Below are positions 44,370-53,247 of a DNA stretch of 64,000 nucleotides, piece by piece; within the stretch, counting starts at the first letter, position 1, and the number at the start of each line of letters is the position of its first letter. A model generated the notes under the pieces. That model ran no database searches, was not told the origin of the DNA, and saw only the letters and a program-made list of their open reading frames with translations. Source of the DNA: Synergistaceae bacterium UBA5827 (GTDB lineage: Bacteria > Synergistota > Synergistia > Synergistales > 79-D21). The DNA is taken from contig DJHE01000012.1 of the NCBI GenBank assembly GCA_002432945.1, positions 3,055 through 67,054 of the forward strand. Reading direction: 5' to 3'. A program made the translations under genes and the position numbers.

Positions 44370-44828
44370 ATGAAAAGGGTTGTTGTCGCAATTGACGGCA
44401 GCGAAGTGAGCAAGGGGGTCATCGACTACGCTATCCATTATGCTAACCGCGAGAAGGAAGCGGAAATGCTGTTCCTTCACGTCGTCGAGCCTTCCGAGCA
44501 GAGGGAAATTTTCTACCGGGGGCACGTGGTTAGCGTTCCGCCTTCACCCGAGGAAGTCCGAGCGGAGTTCGAGGCGTTCATCAAGGCGAGAACCGACTTG
44601 GCAGGGAGGACGATCCCGGTCATGTCGATTTCACTCAGGAGCGGAAGCCCCTATGAGCAGATCGTGAGGTTCGCCGAAGAGGAAAACGCTGATATCATCA
44701 TGATCGGCCATAGGGGACTCGGCAACGTTCAGCGGTTTTTCCTGGGGAGCGTGGCAGCCAAGGTTGTTGCGCATGCCCCCTGCAGCGTTTATGTCCACAG
44801 GCCCAGGAAGGAAAAGGGAGAAGCCTAG
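44370..44828 (+). CDS. Universal stress protein (UspA family)
   Basis: MKRVVVAIDGSE...ADIIMIGHRGLGNVQRFFLGSVAAKVVAHAPCSVYV is present. Confidence 0.9.
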   Translation: MKRVVVAIDGSEVSKGVIDYAIHYANREKEAEMLFLHVVEPSEQREIFYRGHVVSVPPSPEEVRAEFEAFIKARTDLAGRTIPVMSISLRSGSPYEQIVRFAEEENADIIMIGHRGLGNVQRFFLGSVAAKVVAHAPCSVYVHRPRKEKGEA

Positions 44829-45607
44829 CGTCCCTTCCAGACAGGTTTCCGCTTGCCCAGGAATGCTTCGAGGCCCTCCCTGGCGTCTTCGGAGGCGGCA
44901 AGTGCGGCAAAGAGGTCCCCGCCGACTTCCACCGCCCTTTCCAGTGGCAGGCCGTCCATCCGGTGAAAGCCCCGCTTGCCCGTTTCCAGGGCAAGCGGGC
45001 TTTTTGTAGCCAGCCTGCGGGCCAGTTGCAGGGTTTCTTCTTCAAGGTTTTCAACGGGGACGACTTTCCAGGTGATACCGATGCGTTGCGCTTCCGCCGC
45101 AGGGATGAAATCCCCGGACAACACGTACTGGAGGGCGCGCTTGTGCCCGATCCACCTGGAGAGCTGGAGGCCCGGTTCCAGGCAGATCAGGCCGACGTTG
45201 ATGGCGGTGGTCCCGAGGACTGCGTTTTCGGCGGCGACGATGAAATCACAGGCCAGGGCAAGCCCGGCCCCGTTGGCGAGGGTGTAACCCTGTATCGAGG
45301 CGATGACAGGCTTGGTCATCGCCTCGAGTCGATGGTTGTGAAGGTCCATCTGCCGGATGAAATCCCTGATTTCATGACGTTCGCACGCCATGACCTCCTT
45401 CAGGTCGATACCGGTTGAGAAGTGTTTCCCGGCTGCATCCAGCACGAGGACCCTGACCTGCGGTGCGTTCTCCATCATTTCCAGGGCTCCCGAGAGTTCT
45501 CTCGCCAGGCTCCTGTTGAAGGTGTTCATCGCTTCCGGGCGATTGAGGGTAATACGCCCAATCCCTTCTTCGATTCTCGTCAGGATGGGTGAACTTTGGC
45601 TGGTCAT
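44825..45607 (-). CDS. Enoyl-CoA hydratase/isomerase (crotonase) family protein
   Basis: ATG 45607 follows AAGGAGG. ITLNRPEAMNTF and the oxyanion region FSTGIDL are present. Confidence 0.9.
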   Translation of the reverse strand: MTSQSSPILTRIEEGIGRITLNRPEAMNTFNRSLARELSGALEMMENAPQVRVLVLDAAGKHFSTGIDLKEVMACERHEIRDFIRQMDLHNHRLEAMTKPVIASIQGYTLANGAGLALACDFIVAAENAVLGTTAINVGLICLEPGLQLSRWIGHKRALQYVLSGDFIPAAEAQRIGITWKVVPVENLEEETLQLARRLATKSPLALETGKRGFHRMDGLPLERAVEVGGDLFAALAASEDAREGLEAFLGKRKPVWKGR

Positions 45608-45608
45608 G

Positions 45609-46055
45609 TCAAAAGCCTCCTTCAGTATGGTTTCCTTTCCACAGGGCCAGGATATCGAAGGGAAGTTCAAGCTTCCCGCGGTGGGCGACGATTTCCTGTC
45701 CCTTCCAGGTCGACTCGGGAAGGGCCCGAAAGGGGTAAATCACTTCCCCGGAACCGTTGCGGCAGGGGATCGGGACAGGAGTTCCGATAAGTTCGGCCGT
45801 GTAGCCGAATCCTGCCTGCAGGGCACGGCGCAACTGGTTTGCCTCCACGGGTGTTAAAAATTCATCCAGGTATCCGCGGGTGATGCTCAGTTCTTCAGCC
45901 GAGAGCTCCCGGTAATCTGCGACCAGTTCGTCAAGGGGGCCGAAGCGCAGCCTTTCCGCTCTCAACGGTACCCAGTGGACATGGGCCACGGGCAGCCCCC
46001 TGAAGTTTTCGATCACGGAAAACGCCCGGTAAAGCAAGGTTCCCAAGGCGCTCAC
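45609..46055 (-). CDS. Hypothetical protein (family not recognised)
   Basis: 148-aa ORF. Its TGA stop lies 1 nt before the enoyl-CoA hydratase ATG, and that gene's SD is inside its last codons. This suggests translation coupling. Confidence 0.55.
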   Translation of the reverse strand: MSALGTLLYRAFSVIENFRGLPVAHVHWVPLRAERLRFGPLDELVADYRELSAEELSITRGYLDEFLTPVEANQLRRALQAGFGYTAELIGTPVPIPCRNGSGEVIYPFRALPESTWKGQEIVAHRGKLELPFDILALWKGNHTEGGF

Positions 46056-46201
46056 CTCCCGAGGTAAAGCTTAAATGAACCGGAGGGTTCCGCATAGAGG
46101 CAAGAGGGGAAACGAGGGGTTCAATTCTCCTTTTTCGAATGAGTGGAGAATGATGTAAAATGTTATTTGATCAAGTCAAACAAAAAGTGGAGGGACGAGA
46201 G

Positions 46202-47131
46202 ATGGAGCCATTGGAAATAGAGAGAATCAGGCGCTTCAACCGGTTCTTCACAGAGTTGGCCGGAGTGCTGGACCGCTCGATCCTCAAAAGCGAGTTCTCG
46301 TTGGCCGAGGCAAGGATCCTGTTCGAGATTGGGCATCATCCGGGCGGTCATCCCAGGGATTTCCTGGCACGGCTGGGATTGGACGCGGGGTATTTCAGCC
46401 GGGTGGCCAAGAGGTTCAAGTCGAAGGGGATGGTTGCCATGAAGAGGTCAAGCGAAGACGCGAGGCTCGTTTCCCTTTTCTTGACCGAGGAGGGGGAAAA
46501 AACTTTGGAAATGCTGGAAGGCAGGGCAAGCAGCGAGGTGGAGCGCTGCTTCGGGGGACTTTCGGGTGAAGAGCGCAGGGATATTCTTTCCTCGATGGCG
46601 TCGATCCTCTCCTACAAAAAAAACGTCTCCCCGGATGACCTGTTGATCCGTCCTTACCGGCCCGGGGAGCTTGGGATCATCTCGTATCGGCATTGTGTCC
46701 TCTATCGCGAGGAATACGGGTTCGACCAGACGTTCGAGAATTACCTCCTTGATGGAATGTCCAGGTTCCTGTGGGATTATGGAGGCGAGGGGCAGGTCTG
46801 GGTCGTGGATTACTGGGGTCGCGTCATGGGGGCCATCGCCATCATCGAAACCGGCGAAACGGAAGCCCAGTTGCGCTGGTTTTACCTGGAACCTTCCTGC
46901 CGGGGGATCGGAATGGGCAGTAAACTCATGGAAACCGCCATGTCCTACTGCGAGAGAAGGGGCATGGAGAAGGTTTTCCTGTGGACGGTCAAGGACCTGG
47001 AAGCAGCCCGGCACCTTTATGAGAAGTTCGGTTTCTCCCTCGTCGAGACAAATGCCCATTTCCTTTGGGGCAGGCACATCGTCGAGGAAAAATGGGAACT
47101 TCCGATGGCCGGCGTGAAAGGGCCGTGTTAA
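46202..47131 (+). CDS. Bifunctional MarR-type HTH regulator / GNAT N-acetyltransferase
   Basis: ATG 46202 follows GGAGGG. The N-terminal MarR-like wHTH is LAEARILFEIG...LDAGYFSRVAKRFKSKGMV. The C-terminal GNAT motif is CRGIGMGSKLM. Confidence 0.85.
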   Translation: MEPLEIERIRRFNRFFTELAGVLDRSILKSEFSLAEARILFEIGHHPGGHPRDFLARLGLDAGYFSRVAKRFKSKGMVAMKRSSEDARLVSLFLTEEGEKTLEMLEGRASSEVERCFGGLSGEERRDILSSMASILSYKKNVSPDDLLIRPYRPGELGIISYRHCVLYREEYGFDQTFENYLLDGMSRFLWDYGGEGQVWVVDYWGRVMGAIAIIETGETEAQLRWFYLEPSCRGIGMGSKLMETAMSYCERRGMEKVFLWTVKDLEAARHLYEKFGFSLVETNAHFLWGRHIVEEKWELPMAGVKGPC

Positions 47132-47161
47132 GGTATTTGTAGGAGAGAGGAGAGGCTGGCC

Positions 47162-47905
47162 GTGCGCGTGACTGAAAACGAGGATATCCTCTACATGGTA
47201 TTGAGGAGCATAGAGGAGTCTTCCGCTCCGATCGGGGCAGGGTCCATCCAGAGGGCGATCTCGCCCCAGGCCAGCCTGAGCATGGCGACGGTGGGGATCA
47301 TCCTTAGAGACTTGCAGGACCGTGGTTTCGTGGTCCGGGAAGGATTCAGGGGGCACCTTATCACACCGGAAGGGCGGGATTTTCTCGCCGCATACCGCAA
47401 CCGCCAGAAGAAAGCCTGCCTGGCAGACCGAATATTCGATTACCTCACGGGGAGCGACAGGCAGCGCTTGGTCGATATTCTCGAAGCCCGACGCGCGATC
47501 GAAACGGAAGCTGCACGACTTGCTGCCGCAAGGGCGCTGGAAGCGGACATCGAGCGTCTTCGCCGAAACGTAACCGAGCAACTCTCCTGCCGGGGCGAAC
47601 GAACCAGGGCTGCCCTGGACCGAGAGTTCCACGCAATCCTCCTCGACGCGGCCCATAATCCACTTCTGAATACCCTTTACGAATTTTCCGAACAGCTTAC
47701 GGCGGCTTCAGACGGTGAGACGGTCGATCATTTCCTCGGGCAGGTCCGTGAAGAAATCGGGGCTGCTCTCGTCGAGGATCATCGCCGCGTCCTGGAGGCC
47801 ATTGCCGTGAAAGACGCACATCTGGCGGAAAAGGCAATGGCTGCACACCTGGACCGTGTTATTGATTTCCTGCGGGATACCCGGGAACCCTCTTCCAGGC
47901 GATAA
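47162..47905 (+). CDS. FCD (FadR C-terminal) domain transcriptional regulator with atypical N-terminal winged helix
   Basis: GTG start. The C-terminus LEARRAIETEAARLAA...FHAILLDAAHNPLL is an FCD domain. The N-terminus MATVGIILRDLQDRGFVVRE is wHTH-like. Confidence 0.75.
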   Translation: MRVTENEDILYMVLRSIEESSAPIGAGSIQRAISPQASLSMATVGIILRDLQDRGFVVREGFRGHLITPEGRDFLAAYRNRQKKACLADRIFDYLTGSDRQRLVDILEARRAIETEAARLAAARALEADIERLRRNVTEQLSCRGERTRAALDREFHAILLDAAHNPLLNTLYEFSEQLTAASDGETVDHFLGQVREEIGAALVEDHRRVLEAIAVKDAHLAEKAMAAHLDRVIDFLRDTREPSSRR

Positions 47906-47936
47906 ACTCCAGTCCGTTTTCGACTTGATTCCAGCA

Positions 47937-47964
47937 TTGACAGCCCCAGACTTTGTGCTACGCT
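47937..47964 (+). promoter_or_regulatory. Candidate promoter TTGACA-16-TGcTACGCT
   Basis: A perfect -35 TTGACA lies at 47937-47942. An extended -10-like TG-n-TACGCT ends at 47964. Confidence 0.4.
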
Positions 47965-47968
47965 TGTT

Positions 47969-47992
47969 TCGCCACTAATAAAATAGTGGCGA
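47969..47992. promoter_or_regulatory. 24-bp palindrome TCGCCACTA-ATAAAA-TAGTGGCGA (candidate operator or leader hairpin)
   Basis: The perfect 9-nt arms lie between the candidate promoter and the first gene of the Fe-S flavoprotein operon, directly after the FCD regulator gene. Confidence 0.4.
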
Positions 47993-48021
47993 TCGCGTTT
48001 GCGAAAAGGGGTGGTAAGGAA

Positions 48022-48339
48022 ATGGACCTGATCAAGGAGCATCCCATCCTGGATTTCCAGCATGGGAAGAAGGTCAAGTTTTTCTTTGACGGAGCGGCGA
48101 TGGAGGGGTTCGAGGGAGAGCCGATCGCGGCGGCTCTGCACGCCAACGGAGTGGTCATCTACCGTGAGACGCCGCAGATGAAGCGTCCGCGGGGATTCTT
48201 CTGCGCCATCGGCAAATGCAGTTCGTGTTTCATGGTTGTGGACGGCGTGCCGAATGTCCGGACCTGCGTCACCGCCCTGGCGGAGGGGATGAAGGTGGAA
48301 ACGCAGCGCGGCAAGGGCCTTGTGCCGGCACTGTCCTAG
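48022..48339 (+). CDS. (2Fe-2S)-binding protein (sarcosine-oxidase-alpha N-terminal / HcnA-like)
   Basis: ORF trimmed to ATG 48022. GEPIAAALHANGV...PRGFFCAIGKCSSCFMVVDGVPNVRTCVT is present. Confidence 0.8.
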   Translation: MDLIKEHPILDFQHGKKVKFFFDGAAMEGFEGEPIAAALHANGVVIYRETPQMKRPRGFFCAIGKCSSCFMVVDGVPNVRTCVTALAEGMKVETQRGKGLVPALS

Positions 48340-48348
48340 GGGAGGAAG

Positions 48349-49458
48349 GTGAGCGCGTTGCGTTCGACGGAAGTGATGGTCATCGGCGGGGGGCCTGCGG
48401 GTCTTTCTGCGGCGGTGGAAGCGGCGAGCCTGGGCTGCCAGGTGATGGTGGTGGACAGCGACCTGAAGCTAGGGGGCCAGCTGATCAAGCAGACGCACAA
48501 GTTCTTCGGCTCGAAGGAGGAGCACGCGGGGACGCGGGGCTTCGAGATCGCGGACATCCTGTTCAGGGAACTGGACGAGAACAAGGAGCGGATCCAGGTC
48601 CTGTCGAACACGACGGCGGTGGGCTACTACAAGGAAGACGGGGTCGTCTCCTGCGTGACGGGAGAGGACGAGTACTTCCGCGTGAAGCCGCAGCGTGTGA
48701 TCATGGCGACGGGAGCGCAGGAGAAGATGATCCCGTTCCCGAACAACGACCTGCCCGGGGTGTACGGAGCGGGAGCGGTGCAGACCCTGATGAACGTGTA
48801 CGGGGTCATGCCGGGCAAGCGTGTCCTGATGGTTGGAGCGGGCAACATCGGCCTTATCGTGAGCTACCAGATGAAGCAGGCGGGAGTGGACATCGCGGGG
48901 ATCGTGGAGTTCATGCCGCACGTGGGTGGCTACTGGGTGCACGCGGCGAAGGACCGCCGCCTGGGGATCCCCATCTACCTTCGCCACACGATCCTCGAGG
49001 CGCTGGGCGACCGTTTCGTGACGGGAGCGGTGATCCAGGAAGTGGGGGCCAAGGGCGGCCTGGTGGGTGAACCGAAGAAGATCGACTGCGACGTGATCTG
49101 CATGGCGGTGGGACTGACGCCGACGTGCGAGCTCCTGTGGCAGGCGGGCTGCGAGATGACGTTCGTGCCGGAGCTATGCGGCTACGTGGCGAAGCGTGAC
49201 AACCAGATGCGCACGAGCATCCCGACGATCTGGGTTGCGGGAGACGCGGCGGGGATCGAGGAAGCGAGCTCGGCGATGGTGGAAGGCCGTGTGGCGGGGC
49301 TGAACGCGGCGCGTTCGACGGGCCACCTGACGGACACGGAGTTCGACGCGAGGTCATCGCTGTACTGGAAGCGGCTGAGCGACCTGAGGGCAGGGCCGGT
49401 GGGGGAGAAGATCCGCTACGGGATCTCCCAGGCCTGCTGCGGCAGCTGGGAGGTGTAG
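48349..49458 (+). CDS. NAD(P)/FAD-dependent oxidoreductase (pyridine nucleotide-disulfide family)
   Basis: VIGGGPAGLSAAVEAA is the FAD GxGxxG motif. A second fold is VGAGNIGL. The C-terminal block is WVAGDAAG. Start is GTG 48349 or a nearby alternative. Confidence 0.85.
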   Translation: MSALRSTEVMVIGGGPAGLSAAVEAASLGCQVMVVDSDLKLGGQLIKQTHKFFGSKEEHAGTRGFEIADILFRELDENKERIQVLSNTTAVGYYKEDGVVSCVTGEDEYFRVKPQRVIMATGAQEKMIPFPNNDLPGVYGAGAVQTLMNVYGVMPGKRVLMVGAGNIGLIVSYQMKQAGVDIAGIVEFMPHVGGYWVHAAKDRRLGIPIYLRHTILEALGDRFVTGAVIQEVGAKGGLVGEPKKIDCDVICMAVGLTPTCELLWQAGCEMTFVPELCGYVAKRDNQMRTSIPTIWVAGDAAGIEEASSAMVEGRVAGLNAARSTGHLTDTEFDARSSLYWKRLSDLRAGPVGEKIRYGISQACCGSWEV

Positions 49459-49461
49459 GGA

Positions 49462-49968
49462 ATGGAAATGGACATGCTGTTCAACAGTGGAATCCTGACG
49501 GAAGAGCGCCCGGGGGCGATCAAGCCGCCGCAGGAGCTGTGGGAAAAGAAGCAGAACGGGCTGGTGATCATCGAGTGCCCGCAGCGGATCCCCTGCAACC
49601 CGTGCCACACGAGCTGCCCGACGGGAGCGGTGATGCCGTTCGAGGACATCAACGACACGCCCAGGATCGACTACGCGAAATGCACGGGCTGCGCGATGTG
49701 CGTGGCGAAGTGCCCGGGGTTGGCGTGCTTCGTGGTGGACCTGACGTACGGAGGGGCGGACGAGGCGCTGATGAAGCTGCCCTACGAGATGCTGCCGGTG
49801 CCGGAAGTGGGAGCCGTGGTGGACTGCCTGGACCGGACGGGAGAAGTGGTGTCGCAGGGTAAGGTCGTCCGTGTGATGGAACCATGGAAAGACAAGACGC
49901 TGGTTGTCCACGTGTCGGTGCCTAAGGCGCTGGTGATGGACATCCGTGCCATCAGGGTGGTGAAGTAG
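49462..49968 (+). CDS. 4Fe-4S binding protein
   Basis: CNPCHTSCP and CTGCAMCVAKCP cluster motifs are present. 168 aa. Confidence 0.75.
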   Translation: MEMDMLFNSGILTEERPGAIKPPQELWEKKQNGLVIIECPQRIPCNPCHTSCPTGAVMPFEDINDTPRIDYAKCTGCAMCVAKCPGLACFVVDLTYGGADEALMKLPYEMLPVPEVGAVVDCLDRTGEVVSQGKVVRVMEPWKDKTLVVHVSVPKALVMDIRAIRVVK

Positions 49969-49970
49969 GC

Positions 49971-50258
49971 ATGGAAGACAAGAGCAAGGACATCATCGTC
50001 TGCCGTTGCGAGGAAGTGACCATGGGCGAAGTTCGTGAGTGGATCGCGAAGGGTTACGACACCTTCGACGAGCTGAAGCGCCTGCTGCGCGTCGGGATGG
50101 GCCCGTGCCAGGGCCGCGGCTGCCGCGAGATCATCATGCGGGAGATCGCCAGGGCCAAGGGGATTCCCATGGCCGCCGTGGATCCCGGGATCTTCAGGCC
50201 CCCCGTGAAGCCCGTCAAGCTTGGCGTCCTCGCCAGCTGCGAATACACCAAGGAGTAG
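49971..50258 (+). CDS. (2Fe-2S)-binding protein, BFD-like domain
   Basis: IVCRCEEVTMGEV...GMGPCQGRGC matches the BFD-like [2Fe-2S] C-x-C...C-x2-C pattern. Confidence 0.8.
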   Translation: MEDKSKDIIVCRCEEVTMGEVREWIAKGYDTFDELKRLLRVGMGPCQGRGCREIIMREIARAKGIPMAAVDPGIFRPPVKPVKLGVLASCEYTKE

Positions 50259-50268
50259 CCCGACTCCG

Positions 50269-50316
50269 AAAAAAAAGAGAGGCGGCGCCGGAAATTCGGC
50301 ACCGCCTCTCTTTTAT
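50269..50316. terminator. Bidirectional terminator
   Basis: An A-run is followed by AGAGAGGCGGCGCCG/CGGCACCGCCTCTCT (one mismatch) and TTTT. Confidence 0.75.
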
Positions 50317-51512
50317 TCCATGTTCAGCATCTTGCGGGCCCTTGCCACCCGCTCTTCGAGCCCCGGCACTTCCATCTCGGCCGCAACCTGTTTAAGCAGG
50401 GCGGGAATCGGCAGGTCCTGGGGGCATTTCGCGAGGCATTGCCCGCACTCGACACACTGGGACGCATAGCTCGGCACGCCTTTGCGAAGGATGCCGCTGT
50501 TCCTCATGGCATAAAGGGCCAGGGCTTCCGGGATGTTTCCCGACAGGTACATCTTGTTGTAGACCTCGAAACAGGAGGGGATTGCCACTCCTGCGGGACA
50601 GGGCATGCAGTAGCCGCAACCGGTGCACCCGACCTTCATCAGTTCCTTGTATTTGTTGGCAGCCCGTTTCACGAGTGCCAGTTCCACGGCCGTTAGCGAG
50701 CCTGGCAGGGCTTCGCCGGCGATAGACAGGTTTTCCTCGATATGGGCCTCGTCGTTCATTCCCGACAGGACCACGGTGACCTCCGGATGATTCCAGACCC
50801 AGCGAAGGGCCCATTCGGCTGGGGTTCGCTTTACTGGGGCCTCGTTCCAGACTGCGGCGACAGATGAGGGGGCTTCGGGCACGGCAAGGTTGCCTCCGCG
50901 GAGAGGTTCCATGACGATCATGCCGAGCCCCCGCGACGCGGCGTATTCCAAGCCTCGTGTGCCGGCCTGGTATTCCTCGTCCAGGAAGTTGTACTGGATC
51001 TGGCAGAACTGCCACGGGTAGGCATCGACGATCCTCTCGAAATCGCCCGGGGTTCCGTGGAAGGAAAAACCGGCGTTGGTGATGCGGCCGTCCTCCTTTG
51101 CCCTGTCAAGGAATCGCAGCACGCCAAGTCGTTCCAGTTGTTCCCAGAGGGAACCCGTGAGCGAATGAAGGAGGTAGTAGTCGATGTGCCGTGTCTTGAG
51201 CCGATGCAGTTGGGCGTTGAGAAAACGGTCCATATCCGCGGGAATTTCAACAAGGAAGGAGGGCAGCTTGGTCGCAAGCCGGACTTTTTCCCGGTAACCG
51301 TCCGAGAGAACCCGCCCGAGAAAGGGCTCGCTTTCGCCCGCGTGGTAGGGCCAGGCGGTGTCGATGTAGTTGACGCCCTCGTCTATGGCTTGCCGGATCT
51401 GGCAAGCGCCCCTTGCCTCGTCTATGTGTCCCTCCGCCATGGGTAGGCGCATGCAGCCAAACCCCAGGATTGACAACCTGTCTCCGTTGCTTGGCATGGT
51501 CCTGTAAAGCAT
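50313..51512 (-). CDS. Aldo/keto reductase with C-terminal 4Fe-4S domain (COG1453-like)
   Basis: ATG 51512 lies 7 nt after GGAGGG. LGFGCMRLP...NYIDTAWPYH is followed by the C-terminal CTGCGYCMPCP and CVECGQCLAKCP clusters. Confidence 0.85.
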   Translation of the reverse strand: MLYRTMPSNGDRLSILGFGCMRLPMAEGHIDEARGACQIRQAIDEGVNYIDTAWPYHAGESEPFLGRVLSDGYREKVRLATKLPSFLVEIPADMDRFLNAQLHRLKTRHIDYYLLHSLTGSLWEQLERLGVLRFLDRAKEDGRITNAGFSFHGTPGDFERIVDAYPWQFCQIQYNFLDEEYQAGTRGLEYAASRGLGMIVMEPLRGGNLAVPEAPSSVAAVWNEAPVKRTPAEWALRWVWNHPEVTVVLSGMNDEAHIEENLSIAGEALPGSLTAVELALVKRAANKYKELMKVGCTGCGYCMPCPAGVAIPSCFEVYNKMYLSGNIPEALALYAMRNSGILRKGVPSYASQCVECGQCLAKCPQDLPIPALLKQVAAEMEVPGLEERVARARKMLNME

Positions 51513-51529
51513 CGTTTTTCCCTCCATTT

Positions 51530-52729
51530 TCAGGAAAGAGCGGGGGTGCCGAAAACTCGCCAGGCTTCTTCCTGTGCCCTTCGTAGGATCTCTTTCAACG
51601 GCAGCCCGGTCCTCTCGGCAAAGAGCCTGCAGTCTTCGTACTCTGCCGAGAGCTTGAGGATCGAGCCTTCCTGGTCGCAAGCGACTTTTACGGGGATCTC
51701 CGTCGTTTCGTTTCCTATGGACAAGGTCACGGCCCGAATCGACCTTTCCGCGGTAAAGCGGTGTACGGCCGGCAGGACCCTGATCCCGAGCGTCCCTGTC
51801 TCCCTCATGATCTCGCGAGCGAGGGTTGAGCTGTTTTCAGGAACCGTCACTACCCGGACGAGATGTCCCGGGCGCCCCTTCTTCATGGTCAGGGGGATGA
51901 TGCTCACGTCTCGTGCGCCCAGTCCCATCAGCCGGTCGAAAAGGTTCCCGAGGATTTCCCCCGAGACGTCGTCCACGTTGGTCTCCAGGATATCGACCCT
52001 GTCGCCCCACGGTTCTTCCTGTAATTCCATCAGTAGTGTGCGAAGAACGTTCGGCCGGTCCGTTTCCGCATCCCCTGCGCCGTATCCCGTCGCAAGTGCC
52101 CTTCCGAGGGGCAGGTCGCGAACAGGTGCTGAGAAATGGGCAAGGAGCGCTGCCCCGGTCGGTGTAAGGAGTTCACGCTTGCCGTCTCCGTAGAAGGGCA
52201 AGCCGCTCCTTATCAGGATTTCCAGTGTTGCGGGGGCAGGGGCAGGGAAAACCCCGTGTGCCGCGTGGATTTGGCCTCCCCCGACATTGATGGGAGTGCA
52301 GAGGACGGAAGCGGGAGCGAGTTCGTTCATGGCGAAGCAGGAACCGATCACATCCGCCAGGGCATCGTCCTGCCCAACCTCGTGAAAGTGCAACTCCTGG
52401 AGGGATTCGCCGTGGACCGTGGATTCAGCCTCGGCGAGTAGGGCAAAAACCCCCAGGGCATCCTCCCGCACCTTGCCCGGGAGTGAGGCCTTGTTTATGA
52501 TCTCCAGCAGTTCCGGGTAGGACCGGGAGTGTGGCCGGCGAGGTACCTGGACCCGGACGTCCAGGGATTTGATCCCTTTTTTCGAAACAGGGGAAACGGT
52601 TACTGAAACTTCAACGGCCGACTCGATGGATTTGCAGACCTTTGCCGGGTCAGCCCCGAGGTCGATGAGGCTTCCAAGGATCATGTCGCCTGCTGCCCCT
52701 GAGAAAGGGTCGAAAATCAGTGTTTTCAA
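51530..52729 (-). CDS. larC: Nickel pincer cofactor biosynthesis protein LarC (DUF111)
   Basis: The TTG start at 52729 follows AAAGGAG and gives (M)KTLIFDPFSGAAGDMILGSLIDLG. HFHEVGQDDALADV is present. Confidence 0.85.
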   Translation of the reverse strand: MKTLIFDPFSGAAGDMILGSLIDLGADPAKVCKSIESAVEVSVTVSPVSKKGIKSLDVRVQVPRRPHSRSYPELLEIINKASLPGKVREDALGVFALLAEAESTVHGESLQELHFHEVGQDDALADVIGSCFAMNELAPASVLCTPINVGGGQIHAAHGVFPAPAPATLEILIRSGLPFYGDGKRELLTPTGAALLAHFSAPVRDLPLGRALATGYGAGDAETDRPNVLRTLLMELQEEPWGDRVDILETNVDDVSGEILGNLFDRLMGLGARDVSIIPLTMKKGRPGHLVRVVTVPENSSTLAREIMRETGTLGIRVLPAVHRFTAERSIRAVTLSIGNETTEIPVKVACDQEGSILKLSAEYEDCRLFAERTGLPLKEILRRAQEEAWRVFGTPALS

Positions 52730-53247
52730 TATTAAGCACTCCTTTTCCTGGAGATTGGGGACAAGTTCCAATATGATCATCCCCTATTCTTTCTTAGCCT
52801 AATACGATTTTATATAAAAGAATGGGTCGAACCTATAAACAAGTAACCAAATATGACGATTTTTTTCGAAAACAAGGAGAAATGCCCTTTTGATTGTTAC
52901 GATAAAACCATTATCAATTTGCCCTATAACCCTGAACTCGGGTAAATAGGCTTGAGATGGTTTGTTCTTGTTTGCCGTTGGGTTAAAAAAAATACGCCAT
53001 GTATATATATTTTAAAAATATCAACCTCAAGACTACTTGCTTTGACGAAAGGACTAAACTAGCATGACCCTAGCACAAAATATATTTTCATGTATTGAGC
53101 CATGGATTTATGTTTTGTGGTTTGTATTTTTTATGCTTCATAAAGTCTTTTGTCGAAACCTACGACGAAGGAGGAAGGAGGGGGAAAAGCAAGCTTATTG
53201 CAGGCAACAAAACGTGAAAAAGAACCAGAGCTGAGAGGAGGATGATT

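Noticed and set aside
48216-49070. 284-aa Gly/Arg/Asp-rich ORF in an alternative frame of the FAD oxidoreductase gene.
   Set aside because: It is out of frame with a gene that has clear GxGxxG motifs. Its low-complexity composition is typical of an off-frame translation.
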